A stretch of 64,000 nucleotides of DNA from Patescibacteria group bacterium (GTDB lineage Bacteria > Patescibacteriota > Patescibacteriia > 2-01-FULL-39-33): NCBI GenBank assembly GCA_041645075.1, contig JBAZQS010000001.1, positions 9,147 to 73,146 on the forward strand. The letters are read 5' to 3'. Below are positions 35,702 through 48,300 of this stretch, in pieces. How positions within the stretch are numbered: position 1 is the first letter of the stretch; each line of letters starts with the position of its first letter. A model generated the notes under the pieces. It was not told the DNA's origin. It made no database searches and saw nothing but the letters and a program-made list of their open reading frames with translations. The position numbers and the translations under genes are program-made.

Positions 35702-38700
35702 ATGTTCAAGTCACGCCCTTCCCTCATGCAAAGGTCGTCCATCACCAAAATATTATTGGTTGTGTTTTTGGTGATTTTTTTGTTTTTAATTTTGCCGACC
35801 ACGACCTGGGCGCAAAACCTTGATCTTGGCTTGGAAAGCGCTCGGGGCATCGGCTTGGCCGAAACCCCGCTCAAGGTGATTATCGCTCGCATCATCCAGA
35901 TTGTTTTGGGTTTTTTGGGCATCTTGACCGTGATTTTGATTATGTACGCCGGCTTTATTTGGATGACGGCGGGCGGTGACGAAAAAAAAATTGAAACGGC
36001 GAAAAAAATACTTCGTGACGCCATCATCGGCCTGATTATAATTTTGGCCGCCTTTATCATCGTCTCCTTTATTTTGCGCGGCTGGGAGACGGGTGGCGGC
36101 GGCCCCGGCGGTCGCGGCCCCGGCGGCGGTCCTGATCTTTGGGGCCTGGGCCAGGATCCGGTGGAAAGCGTTTATCCGGCCAATAGACAAAGGGATGTGC
36201 CCATTAATACGATGATCGCGGTTACTTTTAAGGAGAAAATCAAGCCGAGCACCATCTGCCAAATAGCGGACACGGCGACCCGATGCAATGGCGAAGCCAT
36301 AAAAAGAGATGCAAGAAACAATCTTAATGTGGAGATTTGTAAATTAACCGCCGGTACAACGGCTTGCGAGACGACCGGTGAATTTAGGAAAGAAGATTTT
36401 GCCGCAACCAAGGTCTATAACAACGATGACTATACTTTCGTTTTCATTACTTATCAAAATGACAACAGGAAATATTTGGGCTTGGAAGACAAGCAGAATC
36501 GTGTTTTTCAGGTGACATTAAATCAAGGGATTATGAAAGCTGACGGCAGTGAGACCGTATTTAAAAATTCTACCAATCGGATGTATCGCTGGAGCTTTAC
36601 CACCAACGGCGAGCTGGATTTGGACCCGCCCGAAGTCCAGAGCACGAACGCGGTTTTAAATCCCGAGAGCATTGATAATGTGAGCGGGATTTGGCCCAGC
36701 CCGGATGAAAGGGCCGACACTTATGTATCGGCTGGCGTGGCGACGCGGACTCAATTGATGTTTACCGTCGGGTCGGGTAGCTTTAATCAGGAAATCGTCG
36801 CTTCCGCGACACCGCCCGCGCCCGTAAGCCCAAATACCACAAACGCCACCCTAAGCGGGACATATAGCGGCATAGGTGATGGCACAGTCACCGTGAATAT
36901 TATTGGCAATGCTGTTTCTGTTGCTTGGCCCGGTGTGACTCAACAGTATACCAGCGCTTATGATAGCGGTCTCAATGTAAATATCGGTCCTTATGGTTTA
37001 AATTTCAGATTAAATGAAGTGGTAGCAGGCAGTAATAGCTGGACTTTTAATGTTGTGGCGCCTAAAACCGGCGATCGGGTGCAATTTTTAGATGATAATA
37101 GAGTAATCAGAACATATACCATAGGCAGGGACACAATAGTTTCAGCCGTGGCCGTGAATGGTGATGGCGGAAGATTAAATACCCTAAAAAATATCGTGAC
37201 GAAAATTTTGACGGATTATGGCACGATTTTTCAACGTTGCGCCGTTGATCCAGATCTGTTGTGTCTGGAAACAAAAACCACCGGTTCAGCGACTAATCGC
37301 TATGCCGTAAAATTTTTAATCCAGAATACCACTGCTATTAGTACTGTGTTTAATGCGGCGGTTACGGCCGGTCAAAATATTTTGGAAAGAATAACGGTTA
37401 ATGGCATCAGAGACGCGTATCGCAATACCAAATTTCAGATTAATTTTAATGAGGCGGTGAATCCCTTGGTGATTGATAAAATTTTAGTTAAATATGATAA
37501 AGATTATAATGTCGCGAATGCCACTGAAGCCGCTAATACCGCCGAGACCTCAATCCTAAATACCGCCACCACAACAAAGATAAAATATAAGATTACTAAT
37601 AAATATCGCACCGTTGAATTAACCGGCAATATTGAATGCGGGGTGAATGCTTGCGGCGATAAAATTTATTGCTGGCCGGTAAATAATAAGATAGACACCA
37701 ATGAAGATGGCACTATAGATGTTCTTAATGATTTTGCTCACAAAGCCACTTATTATGAAGTAGAAACACCGGCGGCTAATTTAAAAAAATGCGGTACGGC
37801 TAATGAGGGCTGGTGCAGGACTTGGGGCGGGACTTGCGCCATAGATGGGCCATGCGGTAAAGCCGTGCCCAATGCTGCCAATCAAATAGTTTATTATCCC
37901 AAATCCATACCAACTTGCGTAGGCGATAATGATTCTTGGTGTGAAGGTAGTTGGGGCGGTACCTGTAATGCGGCCTTGGGCAATAAATGCACCAGAGTGG
38001 TCAGTGGAAATTTAGAAATTTATAAGCCCTCGGACAAACCCGAGGATTGGGGTATTTGCCCAACCGTTAATGCCGGTTGGTGTCTGGCTTGGGGCGGTTC
38101 CTGCCTGGCGAACGCGCCTTGTACCAAAATTTTAGCTTCAAACAAATTTTATTATCCTTCATTAGAAACGCCTTTTAGCAACGGCATGACGGACATGGCC
38201 TTAAATTCTTTTAACGGCAGTTTTAATTATTTTCAAGACCCGACTAATCAGAGATATTATGGCTTGGCCAATGGCCAGGAAAAAAACGCCTATATTTTAA
38301 ATTTAGCCAAGCCCTATTATAATCCCTTGGACCCGAGCGGCAGCGGTTTTGGCGATAATTTTCAGTGGAGTTTCTGGCTCTCGGATAAAATTGACTTGCA
38401 GCCGCCCCTTTTGATGAACATTGACCCGATAAAGGATAAGGAGGTAGATAATTTATTATATAAGCCCAAGCTTAATTTCAATAAGGTAATGAGTTACGGC
38501 ACTTTAAGGGCGGGCTGGCTTTATGGCCAAACCATAGAAGAAAGAAATAAGAGATATATTTTACTGACGCCGTTGAGAAACGGTTGGGCGGTCGGCTATA
38601 ACACTAATAGCAGTAATGATGTTGATCGCCGAGATGGCGAGCCCAAATATACCCACACTTTCGTTGAACATGACAGTCCGTTTTCCGTGCCCGCCAGTTA

Positions 38701-39193
38701 CGCGCCCTTGGCCGGCTCGGGCCTAGAATCCATTACCCAGAATTGCTTTTTGCCGGGTAGCGGGCCGAAAAATGCCGGTAGCGGCGCTTGCGTTTATCAA
38801 AATCAAAATAACCCGGAAGCCACGCTCACCACCGGCTGTGTCACCGATGCTGATATTGCTCTCGCGAATCGGGTAAAATTGCCCAATCCCGCTTCTTATG
38901 CCACGCTTTATTGCGATAGAGATGAAATTAACGGCGCTAAAAAATGCGGTCTTAATGATAACGGCACTAATAATCCCAAAGTATATTGTATGGCTTTTCA
39001 CGCGACTTCTACCAAGCCCGAAGTTAATGGCCGGTCGCAAAAAGGCAGCTGGGTTATCAGCCAAGACCATTCGGCTGTTCTATCCGATTTAACCGATGAT
39101 AATGAGAATATAGGTAAAACCGGCTGTTGTTTTGGCAAATGTTTTGATAATAATGGCACGCTTCTTAATTATAATGATGATATAGCCAAATAG
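35702..39193 (+). CDS. Large surface protein: N-terminal VirB2/T4SS-pilin-like domain, Ig-like domains, Cys-rich repeats
   Basis: LGFLG..IMYAGFIWMTAGGDEKKIETAKK..IIGLIIIL; PAN..DVPINT.I.VTF Ig-like motif; three WC..WGG.C repeats. Confidence 0.8.
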   Translation: MFKSRPSLMQRSSITKILLVVFLVIFLFLILPTTTWAQNLDLGLESARGIGLAETPLKVIIARIIQIVLGFLGILTVILIMYAGFIWMTAGGDEKKIETAKKILRDAIIGLIIILAAFIIVSFILRGWETGGGGPGGRGPGGGPDLWGLGQDPVESVYPANRQRDVPINTMIAVTFKEKIKPSTICQIADTATRCNGEAIKRDARNNLNVEICKLTAGTTACETTGEFRKEDFAATKVYNNDDYTFVFITYQNDNRKYLGLEDKQNRVFQVTLNQGIMKADGSETVFKNSTNRMYRWSFTTNGELDLDPPEVQSTNAVLNPESIDNVSGIWPSPDERADTYVSAGVATRTQLMFTVGSGSFNQEIVASATPPAPVSPNTTNATLSGTYSGIGDGTVTVNIIGNAVSVAWPGVTQQYTSAYDSGLNVNIGPYGLNFRLNEVVAGSNSWTFNVVAPKTGDRVQFLDDNRVIRTYTIGRDTIVSAVAVNGDGGRLNTLKNIVTKILTDYGTIFQRCAVDPDLLCLETKTTGSATNRYAVKFLIQNTTAISTVFNAAVTAGQNILERITVNGIRDAYRNTKFQINFNEAVNPLVIDKILVKYDKDYNVANATEAANTAETSILNTATTTKIKYKITNKYRTVELTGNIECGVNACGDKIYCWPVNNKIDTNEDGTIDVLNDFAHKATYYEVETPAANLKKCGTANEGWCRTWGGTCAIDGPCGKAVPNAANQIVYYPKSIPTCVGDNDSWCEGSWGGTCNAALGNKCTRVVSGNLEIYKPSDKPEDWGICPTVNAGWCLAWGGSCLANAPCTKILASNKFYYPSLETPFSNGMTDMALNSFNGSFNYFQDPTNQRYYGLANGQEKNAYILNLAKPYYNPLDPSGSGFGDNFQWSFWLSDKIDLQPPLLMNIDPIKDKEVDNLLYKPKLNFNKVMSYGTLRAGWLYGQTIEERNKRYILLTPLRNGWAVGYNTNSSNDVDRRDGEPKYTHTFVEHDSPFSVPASYAPLAGSGLESITQNCFLPGSGPKNAGSGACVYQNQNNPEATLTTGCVTDADIALANRVKLPNPASYATLYCDRDEINGAKKCGLNDNGTNNPKVYCMAFHATSTKPEVNGRSQKGSWVISQDHSAVLSDLTDDNENIGKTGCCFGKCFDNNGTLLNYNDDIAK

Positions 39194-39226
39194 GCCATTA
39201 ATTAATATTCTAATAGTGTATTTAAA

Positions 39227-39264
39227 TACCCTCTCCTCTATTGAGGAGAGGGTAGGGTGAGGAG
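39227..39264. repeat. CCCTCTCC..GGAGAGGG..GGGTGAGG palindromic element
   Basis: TACCCTCTCCTC-TATT-GAGGAGAGGGTA followed by GGGTGAGG. Confidence 0.6.
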
Positions 39265-39302
39265 GATTAAATTTCCTATTCCCATAATTTTCTAAATTCA
39301 CG

Positions 39303-42300
39303 ATGACCGCGATTGTCAAAAAGAAAAAATTCATAGCGTTTGTCCTGATTTTGGTTTTGGCCGGAATTTTTATTCTATTCAATCCGATTTTGGCCCAAGA
39401 CCAATTCGGCTTAAACAGCGCCGCGGGCATCGGCTTGGCGCAAAATGACCTTAAAACCACCATTGTCAATATCGTCAGGATATTTTTGGGATTTTTGGGA
39501 TTGGTGGCCGTGATTTTGATTATTTACGCCGGCTTTTTGTGGATGACGGCGGGCGGTGACGAAAAAAAAATTGAAACGGCAAAAAAAATAATTTTAGGCG
39601 CGGTCATTGGCTTAATTATTATTCTGTCGGCGTTTGCCATTGTTTCTTTTGTTTTAACCAGGTTGGCGCCACCGCCGGCCGAGCCATGCGTGTCCGGGAC
39701 AATCGTTAGTTGCGGACCGCAGGGCTGCGGCAGTAAAATTTGCGTCAATGGGAGTTGGGGCGTTTGTAATATCAACACCTCCGCCTGCGACTTTATTCTT
39801 AATAACAAATTAAGCTACATAAAATATTTCCGCTCCGATAAAATACCGGCGGCCGGAAACACTTTTTCAAATTGGACCAGAAACATCAGTTATAATTTTA
39901 GCGGCGTGGTCGGCGTGCCAAAAATAGATGATTTGTCGGTCGGCGCTTACGCGCGAAATAGAGGCGGCTTCATAACCGATACGCGATTATATAAAGTGGA
40001 GGGCTTTGACGGCACAGTTTTTACCGACTACGGCCCATTTAATCCAAATCAAACCCCCAACGAAGAATTTGACACCCAAATTGCTTGGGACACTTCGGCT
40101 TTGAATTTGCAATCAGAATGGAAAATAAAAACTCATGTTGTGCCAAGCGGTATTGCCACGCCATTTGAGTCGCCGGCTATTAAAACAAAAATTAGAGCGC
40201 CCAACTGCTTCAACGGCATCCAGGACTCACAATCGCCTTATGGCGAAACCGGCATTGATTGCGGCGGCAACCCGGCCAGCCAATATTATTGCGGGGCGTG
40301 CGGGGGAGAAAGTTGCAGCAACGGCGGCGACAGCAGCCAATGTCTTGACGAAAATTGCGCCACCAGCGTCTGCCTGCCAATTAATTGCCTGTGCGCCCAA
40401 AATCCGATTATTGATTGGATTGAGCCCGATAATGGCGCGGCCGGGAATTATGTCACCATCGGCGGCCGCTATTTCGGCAATTTAAAGGGCGCGGTTTATT
40501 TTGGCAATACCCGGGCTAATTTGGAATTAAATCCCGAATGCAACAGCACTTGGACCAGCAACCAGATTATCGTGGAGGTGCCGGCCATCGCGCAAAACAC
40601 TTATCAGGTGACGGTCCAGACCCATCAGGATTTTGGCGGTTTAACCAGCAACAGCAAGGACTTCATTCTTAATAATATTGTCCGGCCCGGCCTTTGTAAT
40701 GTTTATAATTTGGATATTTATACGGATAGAAATGTAAAAATAAACGCCGGCTCGGCGAATCAAACAGGCCAGCTTATCGGCGCGAATTTTCCGACCACCG
40801 GCCTCAAAAATGTTGTCTGGAAATTTCTTCCCACCAACACCACCAGCACCGGTTCCAATTGGGCCATAGATAGAGCCCGCGACTTGGTGCCGGAGAACAA
40901 GAGGGGGATGACCAATTTAAATGTTTATAACGGCGCGCAGTATAGTAATCCGTTTAGATTTTTAGTCAGTCCGGGCGGGATCGGCGACCCCTGCGGTTTT
41001 GCCGATGATTCGCCCGGCATTTGTTCGGCGGCAGAGGTTTGCCAGACCGGCCTGGAATGTAATATTTTGGCTACTCCCACTAAGCCGGCTTGTACTTGCC
41101 AATCAGCCGCCAATTTTTGCAATAATAACGGCCAAGTGGAAGGCACGGAAGAGTGCGACGGCACGGCTTTTAAAGACAATAAAAATCAATGTTCAAATTA
41201 TCCCGGCTTTACCGGCGGCGCGCTATCCTGCAACCGACAATGCCGACCAGACACCTCGCAATGTGTCAGTGTTTCCACCACTAACATACCGGCGGGCATG
41301 GGTATATTCACTTGGTCGTTCAATACGATAATCAGCCCGCCCACGCCGTATAGTTGCGGCTATGACCAATATGGCGCCTGCAGTATAAGCGGCTGCGCCA
41401 CGGGCCAGAGATGCGAGGTTCAGGGCAATAGTGACGAATTTATTGAATTTTATAATCCGACTGGCTACACCGTTAATAATTTCGGCGCCTGGTTATTGGT
41501 TATCAATAAAACAAATACTTCTACCATCTCAAATTTTTTGCCGGCGGGCGCCAGCGCTTCAATTCCGGCCAGGGGCTTTTTTGTTTTGCCGCGAAGCGCT
41601 CAATTTGGCTTGCCGCCCGCTTACTCGGGAGCCGTAACCATTAAATTGGTGCGGTCAGCCAACACGGCTTATGATGATAAAATTACCTATGGCGGTCCCG
41701 GCAAATTGCCCTTAGCCATTGCCCCAACTTCTTTGGGCCGGAAAATTGACGGCCTTGAAAGTAGAAGCATATTTTCCGATCCCCTTGTTTTTACTGATTT
41801 TTCTGTTTTTGCCCGTTCCACTAAAGGCGTCTCTAACAGCGCGGAACCAGCCAAAACAGGCGCTCGTCTACTTATTAATGAAATTTCCGTGGGCATTGAC
41901 CCTTGCACTTGCCGGCCAGCCGCGCTCGCTACCTGCGCCAACGGCCTATTGGATGTGGGCGAGATTTGCGATCGGGTGGGCAATGAGGACGTATTCCAGC
42001 GCGGCACTGGCCTTTGCTCGGATTATAATATCGGCTCAACCGGCCGGTTATCCTGCCGGAATTGCCAGATTGATAAGAGCAGTTGCCAAGGTCCTTTAGT
42101 CGATATCACCCAAGCGGCCATTGGTATGTACACCTGGTCGTTTAATACGATTAGCCAATCGCCATTTCAACGGCCTTATGTGGTGGAGGACTGCAGTCGG
42201 ACAAGAAGTTGTGATGTCGGCGCTAAAATGGCCAGCCCCACCCCCTGGAGCGAAGAATGGAATCAAGTCAAGCACCCCAATTTATATATTCCTCAACCAT

Positions 42301-45300
42301 TGGCTTGCGTGGACGCGGTTATCTCGGCCAGGTTCAGCAATCGTATGAATCCAGCCACCATAAATAATAACACGGTTATTGTTTTAAAATGCGATAATAC
42401 TAACGGCAAAGATTGCCGGAAAGTTAGCGGCGCGGTTGAGGTATATAAAGATAATAACAATTTAGATTATGATATTTTTAAGTTTACGCCGACCGCTGAT
42501 TTGACGCCCAATGCCTGGTATAAAGTGGTTTTAAAGAGCGAAGAAATCAAGGATTATGTTGGTTTAAAATTGGATAATAAAACAACTTTATTAAGTTTAT
42601 CAGAGAGGTATTGCGCCGAAATTACTTATAACGGCGGGATTACCACGGACAAGGATTATTGCTGGAATTTCCAGACCAGGCCAAGTAACGTCAAATGTAA
42701 TCCGGGTTGCGTGGAATGTTCGCCCGACCCAGAGCGATTTCGTTATAGGTTTGAAGCCAAACCATTTAAGGCCAATTTGGACAGCGAGGACAATGTTTGC
42801 TTAATGCTTAATTCTTGGAATTATCTGTGGAATTGGAGCACTGATAAAAGCGATAAAATTTTTGTTTATAATTTGGCAAATCAACCGGTCGCCACGGGCA
42901 TTGCCTTAAAAGAAACGATTTATGATGCGCCCGATAAATTTGCCAAAGTTATTACCCAGTTAGAAGTTAATCCAAACAAAACCGATTATTGCCGCGCCTA
43001 TATTGATTTGACTAATTTGGTGGTGATTGAGGACCAGTCCTGCGACAAGGGCACGACTCAAAGCCCCAGCCCTTGGATTATGTCAGAAGACGCCTGTTTA
43101 AACGGTTTGATTTCGGCGCGCTTTAATTTGCCCGTAGCCGATGAGACGGTTAAATCCTCGGGGAATTTAATTGTGGAAAAATGCGGCGGCGTAAAAGACG
43201 AGGCGCTCGCGGGCGTAGGATGCGAGAGACAGTCAGTTAACTCGGCGCAGATACATATTTTCCCTTACAGCCATCTTCCGCTTAGTGAAAACTTAAGAAA
43301 CTTAATTTTTGAGCAAGGCCTTTCGCCCGCTTTTCCCGAGGGCTTTCTCATTAATCAAAGTGAGAATTTTAATCCCAACACCTGGTATCGGGTGATTCTT
43401 CTTGGTGGCGATAATGGCGTGCGGGCCTCAAAGATAATAACCTTAGCCGATGGCACAGAAAGTGATACCAACGAACCGCAGGGGAAACTCTTAACGCCCA
43501 ACCCCAATACCCGCACCGATTATAATCAAGATGGTGAAGATGATTATATCTGGCTATTTAAGACCGGCAGCCAAATCTGCGAGGTAGATTCAGTTGAAGT
43601 TGCGCCGGCCGATAAATTTATGAAATATACTTACGAAACCCAGGTTTATAATGCTTTTGCCCAGGCCGCGAATTGCAATGTGCTTAATTCCTGTAAATAC
43701 AATTGGCAGTGGCGTTCAGTTATAGAGCCAACCGACAACAGCAACTCGGGCGATAGTATTGCCACCATTAAAAACGAAAAGGATCAGCCGAGTATTTGCG
43801 TGGGCAAGGGCGGTGAGAAAATCGGGCCTACTTTGGTTGACCCAGTCCAACTCGCTTCCGCGGTAGCAGAAGGTGAGACCAATATTAAGGCCATAGAACC
43901 GGGGAAAGACCTCGTTCATCCAAATCAACCGGCTTATGGCGCGAAATGGGATTACGGCCATTTGCAAATCGGTTTTCCTAAGTTACGGATAACGGATTAT
44001 AAACCCAAAGGCAAGATATTATGCACTAATGAGAATATTAAAATTACTTTTAATGAGGATGTCAAAAGCAGTTCAATCCGCGTCACCAATCCAGCTTTAA
44101 GCGCTGATAATATTAAAGTGTATAAATGTGTGGGTGATGGGGTTTGTGTAAAAAAAGGATTAATCGGTTACTGGAATTTTGACGACGGAGATGCAAAAGA
44201 TTCTTCTGGAGCAGGCAATGATGGTATTAAGAAAAATGGGGTAGTTATATCTCCTTATGCAGAGAAAGGGATGGTTGCGATTTTTGACGGGGTGGATGAT
44301 TATATTGAAATACCAAATACAAATACTAGTCCATTAACTGATAAAATAACAGTTTCTGCATGGATATATTTTAATGATTCATCTTTTACAACTCAGCAAT
44401 GGGTGGTGAATCAAGGAAGAGATTATTATGGTTCTGGATGGGGAATATTGTTATATAATGGAGCATTGAGATTCAGTGTTAATACAAATAATGCAGATGA
44501 TGGAAGGGAAATTACTATCGCATCTCCGGTTTCTTCAAGAAGATGGTATTATGTTACGGCTGTTTATGATTCAATTAATGGGGCTAAACTTTATATTGAT
44601 GGTGTTGAGAAAGCAAATGCATCTGCGAAAGGCAAGATTGTCTATAAGTATAATGAAAAAATAACTTTTGGTGTAATGGCATTTTATTCTCCTACGTATT
44701 TCAAATTTAGCGGGATGCTTGATGATGTGAGAATTTATAATCGTGTTTTGAGTGACACCGAGATAAAGGAATTGGCAGGGTCAACGCAACAAAACGCAAC
44801 TTGCTACACTAATGATGATTGCCCCACCTCTCTTGATGATATGCCTTTGAATTTAAAGGTAAATTATCCGGCTTATGTTTACGGTTATTCTTCCGGTGTT
44901 TGGACGCCTGTTTGGACGCCGGAGCTTTCGAAAGAATTGGACTTATCTATTGTCAATGCGCTTGAGCCCAAGGCCAAATATCGAGTGGTGGTAAATGGCG
45001 GTCCGGCCGGCCCGATTGCCTGGAATACAAATCAATTGGGCGATTTGAATTATAATGTCGGCAATGGCCGCGGCGAAGAATGCGAACCCGGGCTCTATCC
45101 TTGGAAGGTTTTATCCGGCTCTTGCGAAAACGCCTTTTACGCGCTCCAGAAATGTGTTTTACCTTATTATTACAATTCGTGTCCCGATCCAGCCAATCCC
45201 AATGATTTAAAAAATTTAATCAAAGAATGCAACCGGGGTGAAGCTTATTGCGACCAAAATTGCCATAATACGGGTAACACCAATATTGCTTCCTGCGGCG

Positions 45301-48300
45301 ATGGCATTAAAGAGTCGTCGCTTGAAGAGTGCGATGATCGCAACACCATAAACGGCGACGGCTGCAGTAGTAATTGCCTTTTAGAGGGTTCGGATCAAAA
45401 ATATGGCTCTCTTTGCGGCAACCAAAGAATACAAACAGGCGAGAGTTGCGATGACGGCAACACCGCAAACGGCGACGGCTGTTCTGATAAATGCTTGCCA
45501 GAATCCGGCCGGCCAAACGGTTCACGGCCAAACGCGCCCATTTGTGGCAATGGCAAGATAGAAATCGGCGAGGATTGCGATGATGGCAATAAAGTTAATG
45601 ACGATGGTTGCAATTTCCGCTGTTTAAATGAGGGTTCAAGCGGTGGCGCCAGGTGCGGCAATAATGTGGTGGAAAAGGGCCAGCCCACTAGTTTCTCTTG
45701 GACTTTTGCAGTAGACCAAAGCGCTGAAACTTGCGTGCCAGTAGTATTTAATATTAGTAATTGTCCTAATGGCATTTGGGAGGCGGTGGTGGGCGTTAAC
45801 ACTACCATGAATTTAAATAATTTTGCGATTTGCGAGCATGATAATACAGTTTTTAATAATGTCGCTTTTGGCAATAGTTTATGGGGTAAGATTTTAGGCA
45901 AGATAAAATTAGTCGTAAATAAATTTACCAATAGAAAATCCGTCTTTGCCGGAGTTGGCGATCTTTGTGGTAATGGCTGGACGATTCGACCCAATGGTGA
46001 ATTTGATATTTTGGAATATAGCAGTACGGATAATCAGAAAATTTTTGATTTTATTAAAAAAGCGGATTGGGCTGGTGGTCATGAGTATAAAATTGTGGGA
46101 GATATAAACCGCAACGGCGGGTTTGATGAAGGAATTGACACCCAGGCCTCGGTAATAATGAGAACGCATGGCCGTTGTTGGATTGAAGGCGCAAAGATAA
46201 ACGTCTGGCCCATGGGCGAGGAAAAATATAATGATACTTTTTTCTGCTACGGCGAAAATTGCGGTAAGCGAACCGTAAGCTTATATGATGATGATATTTC
46301 CGCCGATTGGAACACTCTTTTTCCTTATTTGAAATATAATGATATTGCCGTTAGCGACCCCCTCAAACCGGGTAACCAGCATTTGTATCAGGCCTGGGCT
46401 TTAAGCACCAGTAGTGATTTATTGAAATCAAATATCGCATGGAGTATGAGCAATCCGAGTTATGTCAGTCAGCAGGATTTTAATTATTCTACCGGAGTTG
46501 GCGATGGCAATAGAAACAAATGGTTCACGGGCGGTAATGTGGGTGGCGACGGCTACATAACCGCCAAAGTCACCTCTGATTCTAATATAGACATCGGTAA
46601 AGCCACAGCCACGACCACAGTCAAAGTGTTTTTATGCGAAAATCCCTGGCCGTCGCCCGAGAATTTTCCTTATTATGATTCTGCTAATAATTGCAAGACC
46701 AATAGCGGTGGCTGTGTTAATACCAATTTTGAACTTTATTATTGCCGTGATAGCGGGGCGGCCGGACCAGATGGCGATTTGCCGGCGGTTTATGACCCGG
46801 TGGTTATCGGTTATAGCGCTCTTACCCCGGCCAGAAATGTCAACGATTTAATAAAAGAATTTATATTTACCAGGCAGTTTTCCCTAGCCGAAGCGACAAG
46901 AAATATCAAGCAGACGATTACGGGCGATAAGACCATTACCGATGTCGGAGATGGTAGAAACGGGTGTTATATTCAACCTGGCTACGCCGTGACATTTATC
47001 GAAAGTGATAGGTGTGATTTTGTTTATGAAATTAATTTTCCCAAATCAGGGGATTATTATTTGCTTTTAAAGACCGCCAACGACAATAACTCGCTTGAAA
47101 AAGCGGGTTTGGATATCAATCATGAAATGGACATCAGGGTAGATGGCGTGATTAAGGGGACAATTATCGCCAAAGCCAGCCTGCCAAATAATCCCCAGAC
47201 CAATATAGTCAAATTATCCAATATTTCGGCTGGGAAGCATGCCATAAAAATTGACTGGACAAATGATTTTTATTGTTCCGGTCCCGGTGGCGCTTCGTGC
47301 CCGTCCTGGACTCCTATAGATACGGTCACCGGTGAATATAAATATTTTGATTCTAATTTAAGAATTTACAGCCTGGCTTTGGCCGAGGGTTCAAATGACG
47401 ACGCCATTGGCGTCAGAGTCGTGGCTAACAGTAATCATTTTTCACCGCTATTTTGGTATCGGAAATATTTTGACCCAAATAATCAGGGCAGTCCCAGCGG
47501 CCTGCTCGCCAATGATTATCAGGGCGTCAGAGAGGGCCGGACGGTTTATGTCAATGCCGCCGATTTAAATGATAATAAGAAAGAGATTTATAGCAATGTG
47601 TACTTGCTTTCTTATAGCGCCGCTGCCGATGCCATTACCAAAGATATTTATAATGGCCTGCTGGCTAATTTTCATTTTAATGTACAAAATCCGTTTGGCG
47701 TCTGCAGCGCTGACGCCACCTATAAATGCTTGACCGACACCAACTGCCAGCAAGCCAATAAGGGCTATTGCTTATTAAATTACAGCCAAGGCGGTTTGCC
47801 CGACTTCGGCGTCTGCAGTGATGATGCCACCTATGAATGTTTGACTGACACCAATTGCCAAAAAGCCAACAAGGGCTATTGCTTGTCGGATAAAGCCAAG
47901 TTAACCCGAGACACCAAACGGCTGGCCGACTTGCAATTCATTAATTCACTTTTGGCTACTTATAATAATACCAAGAGATGCAATAACGACCATTCGCGCT
48001 TATGTGCCGGCGACTCCGGTTGCTATGGCGGCGGTTCTTGCGGCAACTATTATCCGAATTTATTAGCCGGTTCTTATATTGTCGGCCGAACCTTTAGCGC
48101 TTGGCCGTCTTGGCAGGCGACTTTGGGCAACACCATTGGCTCGGCTTTGCCCATTGACCCCCTAAACGGTTTTAAGGGCTGTGGCGACCAATATGACAAA
48201 ATCACCTGCTGGGATAATTTAAATAAATTAATGCGGTGTCCGGACGAGACGACGTATGTTTATACTTATTCCTCAACGGCGATAAACGGCAAAAGCGAAA

